Shown here one piece after another: positions 1 to 9,962 of a stretch of 64,000 bases of DNA. Every line of letters begins with the position of its first letter. Positions within the stretch are counted from its first letter, which is position 1. The stretch comes from a virus, in the IMG/VR virus record IMGVR_UViG_3300026136_000008. One strand, 5' to 3'. The notes beneath the pieces are model-generated. The model was not told the DNA's origin, did not search any database, and worked only from the letters and a program-made list of their open reading frames with translations. The position numbers and the translations under genes are program-made.

Positions 1-613
1 TAAGAGCACGAGACTTTGCAGTCACAGTAGTCTTATCGATTGAGAACGCCATCTCAGGGATAGCAGGTGAACCTGATGTACCTTGAGCTTCAGCAGTTGC
101 CAAAGTATTACCACTACCAGGTGTGTAGTCATCAACTGTATCATCATCGTCAGAAGCAGCAGGTGCGCCACTAACAGTAGATGTATCACCAGCAAACGGA
201 TCGTCAGACTTTAATTCTGAACCACTGTCTGCACCAGAGAATGCAGTATCTGCTTCGTTAAATAACGCTTCAGTACCACCTTGAGTTGAATAACGTGATT
301 TCATTGCAAAGATTAGGCCAGTTGGTCCAGTCATTGGCTGTACGCCAACTAGATCAAATGCTAACATTGCAGGAGTTGCACGTCTAACTAGTGAGATAAG
401 AACTGGATCCCAGTTATCAACACCCGAGCCGTTACTCATATTAGCTGCAGCAGCCTCAGTTAACTGACGCTCCTCCATAAAGGCTTTTTCTTGGTTCTCA
501 AGAACAACAGCAGTTACCGAGCGCTTGTGAGCGTCTGCGATAGTGCCAGCATCTTTCGAATTAAGAACAGGAGCCCATTTTTCCTGTAATTGAACTTGAT
601 TAATAGCTTCCAT
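1..613 (-). CDS. gp23: Major capsid protein (T4 gp23-like), 5' part; runs off the window
   Basis: Not in the ORF track. Translated by hand from ATG at 613: MEAINQVQLQEKWAPVL...LENQE...DPVLISLVRRATPAMLAFDLVGVQPMTGPTGLIFAMKSRY, hallmark gp23 motifs. SD AAGGAG upstream. Confidence 0.97.
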   Translation of the reverse strand, partial: MEAINQVQLQEKWAPVLNSKDAGTIADAHKRSVTAVVLENQEKAFMEERQLTEAAAANMSNGSGVDNWDPVLISLVRRATPAMLAFDLVGVQPMTGPTGLIFAMKSRYSTQGGTEALFNEADTAFSGADSGSELKSDDPFAGDTSTVSGAPAASDDDDTVDDYTPGSGNTLATAEAQGTSGSPAIPEMAFSIDKTTVTAKSRAL

Positions 614-637
614 TTTAATTTTCTCCTTAAATATGGA

Positions 638-1726
638 TTACTTTGTACGCTCGATTGCGCTAAGATATCTCTTCATGTTATCAGAAACATCTTGTTCTTG
701 TGTATCCTCAGTAATAGCATCAACTTCCGGAGTTGCTTCTACCGTGGTATCTTTCTTAAGGTAAGATTCCTTAATTGTTGCTACTTTAGATGCAAAAGTT
801 TCATTATCATCAGCTTCAACAGCTTCTGCTAATTCTTTTACTTTTGCCGCTTCAGTTGCTGCTAAACCTTCACATGCTTCAGCTACGATTTCCTTACGTT
901 GGTAAGCTTTAACTTGCTCACCAAGTTCCATAGCTTTTGCAGTTGCGTCATTTAATTGAGCTTTAGCATCTTTAGCTTCTTCAGATAGTGCATCTAAGAT
1001 GTCACCCTTATCTTCAGGAACGTTGATGTGGTGCTCAGCAAATAACTGGCCTAGTGAATCAATAAATGACTCAGTGATTTCAGACTTCAAAGAATGCTCA
1101 ATTGCAACTTCGTTATCCTTCATCCAGTTTTCAACTACATATGTTAAGTAGCCGTCAACCTTGTCAACTAAATCTTCTTTAATAGCTTCAACTTCGCCTG
1201 CTAAATCAGATGCATAACGCTCTTCTAATTTTGCAGTTTCAGCAATGATTTTAGATTGCAGTGCAGCTTCAAAAATAGTCTCAGCTCTGGCTTTGAAACC
1301 TTCAGATAATGTATCTTCGTCTTTAATTAACGCATCAACATCTTCTTTAAATTTCTTTTCCATTACTTCGCCTTCAGAACCGTCATCAGCTTTGACTTTC
1401 TTCTTACTAGTCTTTTTAGCTTTAGGATCGGTTGCTTCTTTCTTAGCTTTACCTTCTTCTACATCGCCTTCATCTTCATCGCCTTCATCGTCCTCTTCTT
1501 CTTCATCGTCTTCGACCTTAGCTTGTGCTTCGGCTTTCTTCGCTGCTTCAAAAATGGCGTCAAGGCCCTCTTTAGACATTCCTGCCATAGAGGCTTGTAT
1601 TGCTGATACTGTACGAGCTTCCGTAAGAGGTGCTTCAGGTGTTTCCACCTCAGCTTCTACTTCCGTATCCTCTACGATAACCTCTGCTACATCTTCAACA
1701 ATCTCGTCTTGAATTTTCTCAGACAT
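638..1726 (-). CDS. gp22: Prohead core scaffolding protein (gp22-like)
   Basis: Acidic coiled coil with KVDGYLTYVVENWMKDNEVAIE and FAEHHINVPE motifs; sits between gp21 and gp23. Confidence 0.92.
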   Translation of the reverse strand: MSEKIQDEIVEDVAEVIVEDTEVEAEVETPEAPLTEARTVSAIQASMAGMSKEGLDAIFEAAKKAEAQAKVEDDEEEEDDEGDEDEGDVEEGKAKKEATDPKAKKTSKKKVKADDGSEGEVMEKKFKEDVDALIKDEDTLSEGFKARAETIFEAALQSKIIAETAKLEERYASDLAGEVEAIKEDLVDKVDGYLTYVVENWMKDNEVAIEHSLKSEITESFIDSLGQLFAEHHINVPEDKGDILDALSEEAKDAKAQLNDATAKAMELGEQVKAYQRKEIVAEACEGLAATEAAKVKELAEAVEADDNETFASKVATIKESYLKKDTTVEATPEVDAITEDTQEQDVSDNMKRYLSAIERTK

Positions 1727-1744
1727 TGTATTCTCCTATAGAGA

Positions 1745-2395
1745 TTATAGTTTAGAGAGGAAATGCTCAAAACCTTTAGTTTGTTGCTCTTCAGAGAACT
1801 CAACTTTAGATTCTTTCACTTCTGTCTCACCTTCATCAATTACCTTAACGAAATGACCAGGTCTATCCTGCTCAAAAGAAACACCTTCCATAATGCCATT
1901 TACATAAGCATTAGGGGCAGATGGATCTTGAACGATATCAACTGTGTTTAGCATAAAATCATCTGCTACATAGTTGGCACCATTTTTCATTGTAAGGCTT
2001 CCCATACCACGACTTGACACTCCTAGTTGAACGCCACCTTCAACAAGACCTTTTACAATCTTACCCATAGGTGTATCCAAAATAAGTGCTTTTCCTAACA
2101 CATTATTACCGTCCCATTTAAGTTCAGTAATTCTGTGCGAAACTTTATCCAAATTAATGGAAGGACCGTCCGGGTGATTAAGCTCACCTACCGCACGTCC
2201 TGTAAGTACTTGCTCGTTAACGAATTTGTCAACTGCCTTTGTAAGAACTTCTCTGGTATAAATTCTACCATTCTTATTCTTATTCTCAGCTTGCATAAAG
2301 ACACCTTCTAAAAAGGTACTCTTCTTGCCAGTTTTCGCATCCTCTTGGATAGAATAACCCAACTGATTCTGAGTATACTCTGTGATTAACTTCAT
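1745..2395 (-). CDS. gp21: Prohead protease (gp21-like)
   Basis: MKLITE, NKNGRIY, GELNHP, GVSSRGMGS, DIVQDPSAPNA motifs. Confidence 0.96.
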   Translation of the reverse strand: MKLITEYTQNQLGYSIQEDAKTGKKSTFLEGVFMQAENKNKNGRIYTREVLTKAVDKFVNEQVLTGRAVGELNHPDGPSINLDKVSHRITELKWDGNNVLGKALILDTPMGKIVKGLVEGGVQLGVSSRGMGSLTMKNGANYVADDFMLNTVDIVQDPSAPNAYVNGIMEGVSFEQDRPGHFVKVIDEGETEVKESKVEFSEEQQTKGFEHFLSKL

Positions 2396-2653
2396 TTATG
2401 CTCCCATTAATTTGATGAATTCTTTTATTGCCGCTTCAGCAGCAATTTGATCTTTATATGTATCAAGTTTGAGACCGTCTATATACAAGTTAAAATTCTT
2501 GTTTCCCGCTTTCTGTTGTGTAATAACAGCCTCTATATTTTTCTTTTTGCCAAGCTTTTTAAATTGCTTGACTACTTTTTCTCCACCACCGAGCTTTAAT
2601 TTAGCTTCTAATACCTCATTAAATGATTCCTTAAACGTCAGCATCCGCTTCAA
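2396..2653 (-). CDS. Small basic prohead core protein (gp68 position)
   Basis: Syntenic position between gp67 and gp21; MLTFKESFNEVLE resembles a capsid-targeting N-terminus. Confidence 0.5.
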   Translation of the reverse strand: MKRMLTFKESFNEVLEAKLKLGGGEKVVKQFKKLGKKKNIEAVITQQKAGNKNFNLYIDGLKLDTYKDQIAAEAAIKEFIKLMGA

Positions 2654-2861
2654 CTTCTCCTGTTACTTCGACTTCAGTCTCCGCAGCAGGTTCTTCAACT
2701 GCAGGAGCGTCATCAGATGCTCCATACATTTTAGAAGCAACTTCTTGTTTATGTGTATCCAATGCGTCAATCAATTTATCATGCATAATACTATTAAAAG
2801 TATTGTTGCTTGCTTGCGCATCGCCCGATTTTATATTATCAATTAAGTCTCTTGTGCTCAT
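2631..2861 (-). CDS. Small acidic prohead core protein (gp67-like)
   Basis: Immediately downstream of portal; short helical body with acidic tail. Confidence 0.6.
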   Translation of the reverse strand: MSTRDLIDNIKSGDAQASNNTFNSIMHDKLIDALDTHKQEVASKMYGASDDAPAVEEPAAETEVEVTGEVEADADV

Positions 2862-2876
2862 AATCTCTCTGTTAAG

Positions 2877-2884
2877 TATTTATA
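2877..2884 (-). promoter_or_regulatory. T4-type late promoter TATAAATA
   Basis: Exact consensus upstream of the gp67-like gene. Confidence 0.8.
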
Positions 2885-2927
2885 AAAATGTTTATTTCCA
2901 GTAAACTTTTTGTAATACGACCTGTAA

Positions 2928-4439
2928 TTAGATCGTACCACGTGCCAAATCAGGGTTAAAGTCATCTGGAGTAACAGGATCATCAATGTTTTGCTTCGCA
3001 ATATCTTTGATCTCATCATCAGTCAACTTAAGAATATTTCTACGTACCCAGTCTTTAGACCAGAACGTACCAATATATTCGTCCATCATTTGAACTGTTT
3101 CTATACGTTCTTTAAGAATTTCAGCATCCTTAAGTTCAGAATAGTAATTGTCTCTGGAATATTCTACAACAATATCTTCACGGATATTTACCCAGTCACT
3201 TGGCACAATAATCTTTTTAAGGATTAATTGCCTCTTCAGTGCTTCATAGAATAATGTTGAGAATTTAGTTCGGCAACGATCAATAAATTTCTGGAATTTA
3301 AGTTCGTCACGCGTAATTTCTGAAGATCGACCGACAGAAAATGCATCTGCTTCAGTCAATCTTGACATAGGAACATTTAATGCCCTATATAATTTTTGTT
3401 GGAAGTATTGAATATCTTCAATCTCACCAAGGTTAGAACCTCCTGGAAGAGTGTCAATTTCAGTACCACGACCACCCTCTCTACGAGGTAGCCAAAAGTC
3501 TTCCATAATATTACGATGAATCTTTTCGTCTTTTAGATTACCAGTAGAAGGATCATATACGACCTTATTACGATATCTGTTCATCGTGTTATTTAAATAT
3601 TCTTCAGCTTTCTGCTTAGGTAGATTACCAACATCTATATAAAATATTCTACGTTCAGGCGCTCTCGATATACGATAGATAACTAACGAGTCTTCCATCA
3701 TACTTAATTGGTTAATAGGTTTAAGGGCTTTATTTAAGTAGCCAATAACCTTATTGCGTTCTTCGTTTAATAGACCTGAGTTAACCTGAATAATAGCATC
3801 AGTATTAATACGTAATCCTTCGCCAGATTGTGTCATCTGATCATCTTGATATAGGTAATATTCTCCTACCTCTTTTATAAGCTCAGCACCAGTCTTAGGA
3901 TCTTTAACCTTCTCAGTTTCTTTGACCTTACGAATTTTTGTAGGATCAACTTGTCTCATCTCAATTATACCAGCATCAAGCTTTGAATCATTAATAATAA
4001 CATGATAGAATAAACGTCCATCAATATACCAACGTCTAAATATATCGTATGCTGTATCTTTAAAGTTAGTTAAACTAAGAATCCTATCAAATTCATCTTG
4101 AATAAGCTCTTTAACTTTATCTGCTTGGTCTAAGTTATCAAGGTTTAGCTTAGCTATGACACCACTTTCTTCTGTAATTGCCTCATTACATATATCTTCA
4201 ATAGCCATATCCACTTCAGGATATGAAGCTACCGAACGGTATTTCATAATTAAGTCTTTGTCTGATTTATATTTGTCACCATGTACATCCATGTACTGGC
4301 CAAAATAGCCACCGGTCGGTGATATCTCGTATGCACCATCCTCATTATCCGCTGCGAATGATACCGGTTTTTTGTTTGTCTCTATTGCTTTCCTTTTAAA
4401 TTGGAAACCGAATAGTGATCTTCCTTCGTTTTCTGCCAT
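2928..4439 (-). CDS. gp20: Portal vertex protein (gp20)
   Basis: YRISRAPERRIFYIDVGNLP, EDFWLPRREGGRGTEI, EITRDELKF motifs. Confidence 0.98.
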   Translation of the reverse strand: MAENEGRSLFGFQFKRKAIETNKKPVSFAADNEDGAYEISPTGGYFGQYMDVHGDKYKSDKDLIMKYRSVASYPEVDMAIEDICNEAITEESGVIAKLNLDNLDQADKVKELIQDEFDRILSLTNFKDTAYDIFRRWYIDGRLFYHVIINDSKLDAGIIEMRQVDPTKIRKVKETEKVKDPKTGAELIKEVGEYYLYQDDQMTQSGEGLRINTDAIIQVNSGLLNEERNKVIGYLNKALKPINQLSMMEDSLVIYRISRAPERRIFYIDVGNLPKQKAEEYLNNTMNRYRNKVVYDPSTGNLKDEKIHRNIMEDFWLPRREGGRGTEIDTLPGGSNLGEIEDIQYFQQKLYRALNVPMSRLTEADAFSVGRSSEITRDELKFQKFIDRCRTKFSTLFYEALKRQLILKKIIVPSDWVNIREDIVVEYSRDNYYSELKDAEILKERIETVQMMDEYIGTFWSKDWVRRNILKLTDDEIKDIAKQNIDDPVTPDDFNPDLARGTI

Positions 4440-4471
4440 TTAATATTCCTTTAACACTCTTTCCTAAATAT

Positions 4472-4479
4472 TATTTATA
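4472..4479 (-). promoter_or_regulatory. Late promoter TATAAATA
   Basis: Exact consensus upstream of gp20. Confidence 0.8.
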
Positions 4480-4486
4480 ACACTTA

Positions 4487-4510
4487 GAAAAGAGTGCCCG
4501 AGGGCACTCC
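4487..4510 (-). terminator. Intrinsic terminator after the tail tube gene
   Basis: GAGTGCC-CTCG-GGCACTC followed by TTTT on the minus strand. Confidence 0.75.
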
Positions 4511-4529
4511 TTAATGTTATATCGATGAT

Positions 4530-5057
4530 TTACGTTGTCTTATTAGACTCCCAATACTGAACTTGCATTTCAACTTCAAACTCTTCGATTGTGTCACCTG
4601 TCTCATAACTTAGTTCAATAGCACCTAAGTTAGTTGGGAAAACACCACGAATGTTATAAGTTTTCTTTGTTGTACCATCTTTGTCCAATTGCTCAACGAT
4701 CATATCCGCCATATAAGAACTAGGTTGTGTTAAACCTGTATTCTGTTTATGTTGGTTAATACCGTTCATCCATTGTTCAAAAGAATTACGTACATTAAAG
4801 TCAGTATCGTTAATCACAGTCACAGACCATGGATCAAACGTTCTGTCACCAGCTACTTTCAACTGACGGCCACGAAATGGAACTTCGATTGCCGCAATTT
4901 GTGATGCTGGCATACTTGTCGCTTTACACATGTATGATGCCAATTCTACATTCGCAGTTACATAACTTGGGAAAGCCATTGTAACTTTGAATAAATTAGG
5001 TCTAGCACCGCCGCCAATTAGTTTGGCTTTCATATCATCTACGCCTAATATTGCCAT
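4530..5057 (-). CDS. gp19: Tail tube protein (gp19)
   Basis: GGARPNLF, VPFRGRQLKVAGDRTFDPW, FEQWMN motifs; follows the sheath gene. Confidence 0.96.
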   Translation of the reverse strand: MAILGVDDMKAKLIGGGARPNLFKVTMAFPSYVTANVELASYMCKATSMPASQIAAIEVPFRGRQLKVAGDRTFDPWSVTVINDTDFNVRNSFEQWMNGINQHKQNTGLTQPSSYMADMIVEQLDKDGTTKKTYNIRGVFPTNLGAIELSYETGDTIEEFEVEMQVQYWESNKTT

Positions 5058-5059
5058 CT

Positions 5060-6733
5060 TTAATTACCTCCTGCGATTTCAGTAAACTCTACACCCGTAC
5101 GAGTAGCGATAAAGTTTAGTGTGATATAATTAATCGATCTTGCAGGTTTAACATAAATGTCTGCAACAAACTTGTTTGTGTCAATAATAGCACCAGTATT
5201 ATTAGTACCATCACAAACAACTCTAAAGTCTGTAATACCTCTACGACCCTGAACATCTCTTAAGAAAGGCTCAACCATATTTCTAAATTGTGCCCTTGTA
5301 AATTCATCATTAAATTCGAATAATGATGCTTTCGATGCTGTACTTACTGCTTCCTCAAGAACAATGAATAGTCTCCTAACATTGATTCTATCGAATGCAC
5401 TTGGCTTAGCTTGTATCGTTTTATCACCAAACAACACTGTACCTTGACCAGGGAAAGTCACTATAGGGTTAACACCTGTTTTATATAGTGCATCTCTATC
5501 CGCTTGGTTAGGGTTCCATGCTAGTTTAGTAACGTTACGAACATTACCTCTTGTAAATCCAGCCGGTGAGAACCATGCATCAGCAACTAAATCAGCGTTA
5601 GCTGTTAGTCCCGCTGTTGATCCTGCCGCACAAATCCAACGATATACATCATTGTACTTGTCATACACATATAAAGAACCACTATCTGCAAAGCCGTAAG
5701 ACGTTGAAGTTAGTCCAGTTCTCCATGTTGCTACCGTCGAGATTGGATTTGCTGCGCCAACTGTTGCCGCTCTTTCAGGAGAGACAAAGCCTACCGCATC
5801 TTTTCTTGCTGCACATAGTGCAGTTATATGATTACTTAGTGTGATATTATCACTTGCACTAAAGCCAGAATTGGCTTGGAACACTAAGTTAACATCTACT
5901 GTCTCTGCATCAGAGAAGAGATCATACGCTGTTGTAGTTTCACCTACAGTTAGCGTGTTATCTTCAATGCCGCCCGATAAGACGATAAAAAACGAAGCTA
6001 CAGCAACAAACGCATTGTTTGTGGCCGATTGACCCGCTTTAGTCATTGTTGATTTGTGGTTACCAAAATAGATCCAGTCAGATCCGTTATTAATAACATC
6101 GTGATAATATAAAGTAGAACCATCTGCATCTTTAACATCACTAGCTTGTGATAGATAAGTCCAACTTTCAAGTACTTCTCCAATATTACCGGTTATTGTA
6201 CCATCTGCGTCATAAACCCATACGTGCATTTCATCATTTGAACCACCAACTGCTGCTGCTCCAGGAGATGTTCCCGGAATTGACTCAGCATTAGCTAGCT
6301 GAAATGCTGTACCTGTTTGACCAGCAGTAAGGATTGATACACCTATTGAGTTACCTCTAACACCAGGATATCTAGCTTGCACATAGTCTCCTGCTGCAGG
6401 TGATTGACCGTCAAATACGGTCTTGTTTTGTGTTAGAATTCCAGTACCTGACGCTGTCGCGTTACGTGCTGAAGAACCAACTGCTCTGACAACTTTTAGA
6501 TTATTGCCATAGCTTAGAAATTGGCTAGCAGACAAAACACTTTCGAATGTGCTCGCATCTGGCTTTCCGAATTTCTCGACCAATTCCGTCTCTGATGTAA
6601 CAGTAACAATTTCATCAGCTGGACCCCACGTAAACGCACCGGCCATAGCTCCTATTGTTGATGATACTGACGGAACGACATTGGTCAAATCGATTTCTTT
6701 TACCTGTACTCCAGGCGAAACTAGATTAGCCAT
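5060..6733 (-). CDS. gp18: Tail sheath protein (gp18)
   Basis: SPGVQVKEID N-terminus; WFSPAG, FDRINVRRLF, FEFNDEFTR. Confidence 0.97.
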   Translation of the reverse strand: MANLVSPGVQVKEIDLTNVVPSVSSTIGAMAGAFTWGPADEIVTVTSETELVEKFGKPDASTFESVLSASQFLSYGNNLKVVRAVGSSARNATASGTGILTQNKTVFDGQSPAAGDYVQARYPGVRGNSIGVSILTAGQTGTAFQLANAESIPGTSPGAAAVGGSNDEMHVWVYDADGTITGNIGEVLESWTYLSQASDVKDADGSTLYYHDVINNGSDWIYFGNHKSTMTKAGQSATNNAFVAVASFFIVLSGGIEDNTLTVGETTTAYDLFSDAETVDVNLVFQANSGFSASDNITLSNHITALCAARKDAVGFVSPERAATVGAANPISTVATWRTGLTSTSYGFADSGSLYVYDKYNDVYRWICAAGSTAGLTANADLVADAWFSPAGFTRGNVRNVTKLAWNPNQADRDALYKTGVNPIVTFPGQGTVLFGDKTIQAKPSAFDRINVRRLFIVLEEAVSTASKASLFEFNDEFTRAQFRNMVEPFLRDVQGRRGITDFRVVCDGTNNTGAIIDTNKFVADIYVKPARSINYITLNFIATRTGVEFTEIAGGN

Positions 6734-6792
6734 CTAAACTCCTTCATATTAATTATAAGATTTATTCATAATAAGGTTTTTCTCAATATACT

Positions 6793-6800
6793 TATTTATA
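6793..6800 (-). promoter_or_regulatory. Late promoter TATAAATA
   Basis: Exact consensus upstream of gp18. Confidence 0.8.
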
Positions 6801-6801
6801 C

Positions 6802-8370
6802 TTATTTAAATCTATAGGTTTCCCATCCTACTCCGAACGGATGATTACCTTCTTCTCTTTCAGGCATAATTCCTACTGGTATGACTTCATCTTCTAATTG
6901 TTTAACTTTTTCTTTATATAACATGTTTTTCATATTTACATCTGTTGATTCTGCAAAGAACTGAGTGGATGTAAACCATCCAAACATCACTAAATTCATC
7001 ATGAGATCATCATGTGAGTTATGATCTGCCTGATATGATGTACCCTTTGCTACAAATGTACTCATTTCTCTTATAGTTTCTTCATCTTTTATTATTAATT
7101 TTTTCTGTGCCATGATGTCTCTTATATTAGAACAGCCTATACGTTTAGTTTTAGCTGTCATAGTAACACCGATTGCATTTGCTTTTACCATAGACTCTAC
7201 AAATACGTTTTCATATTCTAAATCATAATATAAACCATTACATACAACTTGTCCTGCATCGTTTGATTCAACTACTACATGAGCCTCGTTATAATGATTA
7301 GCATATTTGTATAACAGGTCAGGAAATAGTAATGGGCTTATCATATTATCTCGATATGTACATACCTGTACAAATGGATTAACACTTACATCTATGATTG
7401 TAAATGTTGAATAGTCTTGTCCTCTACCTCTCGATACATCAACAAACATATGATAATTATGGCCTTCTTGAGGATGGTCAAAGATCTTTACATTATTCTG
7501 AAACTCTAAAGGATTTGTAGCTCTTAACGCCAATAAGACATCGGCAGTAATTAATGTGTTTCCTGTACCGTGAAAACTATTACCGAATTCCTGGTCAAAC
7601 TGGAGTTCGGATGTGTTCTCAATCGTCATCTTCTTCCATGCTTCATCTCTTCCAGGAACATCCCACCAGTCTACTCGAGTCGGTGTAAATTCGTTTGTAC
7701 CTTGTATTGCACCTTCATATAGTTTATGAAACATATTACCTATGCCATTGGCTGTGGATGTGATAATAATCTTAGATGTTTTACCAGATGAGATAACTGG
7801 ATATGTTGATGTATAAAATTCTGCAGCATTTTCTACAAATGCAAACTCATCGAGGTAAACAAGATTAAGTGACATACCACGAATAGAGCTTGATGATGTA
7901 GCTGCTGCGATGATTCTACTATTATTAGAGAATCCTATAGATCCTTTATTGAGTGCAGTACATCCTGGTTGTAGAAAGAATGGTAGATTTTCTAACATCA
8001 GAGTAATACGTGCTAACATTTCTCTTGCAATAGCATTCTTATTTGCAAGTACACCTACAACTTGTTCACCAAAGAATATAGCATACCATAAAAGATACGC
8101 GACCACAGCAATGGATTTACCACTCTGGCGGCATGCCAGAACTATATTAAAACGATTGCGGGTAAATGTATCAAACATTTCCTCTTGATACGGGTATAGG
8201 TCAAAGGGTATTAAACCTTTGTCGAGGTGGATTACTTTACAATACTTTTTAGCGAAATATTTAGGGTCATCTAAACACTTCTTGTATTCTATTAATTCCT
8301 CTTTAGTCCATGGATGTTCTACATCGGCACCCCGAACATTCGGATTGCCTAAGTAGTTTGTTTCTCTCAT
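6802..8370 (-). CDS. gp17: Terminase large subunit (gp17)
   Basis: YLGNPN, Walker A RQSGKS, Walker B YLDEFAF, nuclease motifs VDVSRGRGQDYS and HDDL. Confidence 0.98.
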   Translation of the reverse strand: MRETNYLGNPNVRGADVEHPWTKEELIEYKKCLDDPKYFAKKYCKVIHLDKGLIPFDLYPYQEEMFDTFTRNRFNIVLACRQSGKSIAVVAYLLWYAIFFGEQVVGVLANKNAIAREMLARITLMLENLPFFLQPGCTALNKGSIGFSNNSRIIAAATSSSSIRGMSLNLVYLDEFAFVENAAEFYTSTYPVISSGKTSKIIITSTANGIGNMFHKLYEGAIQGTNEFTPTRVDWWDVPGRDEAWKKMTIENTSELQFDQEFGNSFHGTGNTLITADVLLALRATNPLEFQNNVKIFDHPQEGHNYHMFVDVSRGRGQDYSTFTIIDVSVNPFVQVCTYRDNMISPLLFPDLLYKYANHYNEAHVVVESNDAGQVVCNGLYYDLEYENVFVESMVKANAIGVTMTAKTKRIGCSNIRDIMAQKKLIIKDEETIREMSTFVAKGTSYQADHNSHDDLMMNLVMFGWFTSTQFFAESTDVNMKNMLYKEKVKQLEDEVIPVGIMPEREEGNHPFGVGWETYRFK

Positions 8371-8756
8371 TTTTCAAATAAGTCCGGTTCTGTTTCTATT
8401 ACCTTTTCATCACGTAACATCTTTTGTAGCTCTGCTGTGCTACCTATAAAAACATTATTATTCGTTGGTGCTTGTTGAGCAATTGCAGGAACATCTTCTT
8501 TATCCTGTTCTTTCTTGCTCTTGTGAAGCTTTAAAACTTTTTCACCTATCTCAGCGTTTTGTTTAATTAATTGCCCAAGAACTTCAAAAGCTCTTGGGTG
8601 CTCAGACTCACGTGCAAGTTCCATCATAAGCTCTATAGCTTCTTCACCTTGCGTTGACAAATCAAATAAATCTCTACGGACTCTTTCGAAGTCCTGATCG
8701 ATTTTACTTTTCGTGCCAGTCAATGTGGGCTTCTGGATTCTCGTCTCCGTGCTCAT
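8367..8756 (-). CDS. gp16: Terminase small subunit (gp16)
   Basis: ESEHPRAFEV and NNNVFIGSTAELQKML motifs; likely start MSTETR at 8756. Confidence 0.9.
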   Translation of the reverse strand: MSTETRIQKPTLTGTKSKIDQDFERVRRDLFDLSTQGEEAIELMMELARESEHPRAFEVLGQLIKQNAEIGEKVLKLHKSKKEQDKEDVPAIAQQAPTNNNVFIGSTAELQKMLRDEKVIETEPDLFEK

Positions 8757-9183
8757 GGTCGTCGTCGTGTTCTTGTGGGTTTTCATAATATGTATTCCAT
8801 AATTCTAATACACCATGCTTCGTGCGGCTTTCTTCTTTATTGCCACCTTCGTATGGTATAGCTAATTGTTCTTCAATAAGACTTTGGTTAGCATCTTTGC
8901 CATTAACCTCAATCGTACCAAGTACTCTTCCGAATTTACCTTTCTCCATATCTTCGGTTACTAGAGTAAAATGGCCATCAGTTTCTGCCAATAATTCAAT
9001 TAATCTATGCTTAGCAGCGAGTCCCCATGATTTCTCTGCTAAATTTCTTGTTCTACTCTCAGGTGTATCTATACCCATTAAACGGATGCGATCCCTCATG
9101 AATACAGAAAAACCTAATTCTATATCTGCATCGATGGTATCTCCATCGACAACCTTTACTAATCGTGCATTAAATCTGTACAT
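8704..9183 (-). CDS. Staphylococcal-nuclease (SNase/thermonuclease)-like protein
   Basis: VVDGDTID, RIRLMGIDTPES, KGKFGRVLG motifs. Confidence 0.88.
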   Translation of the reverse strand: MYRFNARLVKVVDGDTIDADIELGFSVFMRDRIRLMGIDTPESRTRNLAEKSWGLAAKHRLIELLAETDGHFTLVTEDMEKGKFGRVLGTIEVNGKDANQSLIEEQLAIPYEGGNKEESRTKHGVLELWNTYYENPQEHDDDHEHGDENPEAHIDWHEK

Positions 9184-9194
9184 TCTATTCTCCT

Positions 9195-9962
9195 CTATAC
9201 ATCAGTGTCAAAAAAGTTAATCGTTTCGGTATATGGCTCTTTAAAACCTCCCGCACCATCAGATGTGGTTCTACCGTCTATTGCTAACGTCTCAAATTTA
9301 TGAGTAGTAGGATCAACATTTTCTGAAAAATCAACTTCTGTTTGGAGAATTTGTTTGCTCTTACCAATACCTCTATAATAACGAATACGAGTTGAGAAAT
9401 CTAATGTGTATATAATAGCTCTCCTCGTAACTAAATCACCCTCATACTCATCATTTAAGGTAACACCCTCTAATACAATAGGAGTGTCTGTTTTAATATC
9501 CATTGTAGGAATATCTTTTATTGTTACTGTATATTCTGGCTGGAACATTGGAAGTATCTGCTCTAATAACTGTAGACCTTCATCTTGGGTTGCAGCCATA
9601 ATATTTAATTCGAATCCAACTTTATAAACAGCGGGTGCTCCGAGTTTATTTAATTGTAATGTGTCCCCTGTTATAACCTTCTTATAATTTTTATGTTTAG
9701 ACACACGCGCATTTGCATCATATTCCATAGACGTTATTTCAAATGACAACCTAGGTAAATTAATTGCTAGCTTAGGATCACTTGTTTGTTCTGCCATTCT
9801 TGCCAATACTTTTTGGCGTGGAGCATAAGCTAAAGGAACTTTAATTTTTTGTAATACTTTACCGGCCGAATCTGTTTTAACAACTTCTAAGTCATTAAAT
9901 AAAGATCCAAAGACAGAAACCATTCTGCGAGTTGATTGATTATAAAAATGATTAGAAAACAT
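9195..9962 (-). CDS. gp15: Tail sheath stabilizer/completion protein (gp15)
   Basis: HFYN...FGSLFND, KVPLAYAP, LPRLSFE, EQILPMFQP. Confidence 0.94.
   Translation of the reverse strand: MFSNHFYNQSTRRMVSVFGSLFNDLEVVKTDSAGKVLQKIKVPLAYAPRQKVLARMAEQTSDPKLAINLPRLSFEITSMEYDANARVSKHKNYKKVITGDTLQLNKLGAPAVYKVGFELNIMAATQDEGLQLLEQILPMFQPEYTVTIKDIPTMDIKTDTPIVLEGVTLNDEYEGDLVTRRAIIYTLDFSTRIRYYRGIGKSKQILQTEVDFSENVDPTTHKFETLAIDGRTTSDGAGGFKEPYTETINFFDTDV

Noticed and set aside
2928-8370. Introns, inteins or homing endonucleases in portal, sheath or terminase genes
   Set aside because: The ORFs are continuous and of ordinary or compact length, with no intein or endonuclease motifs
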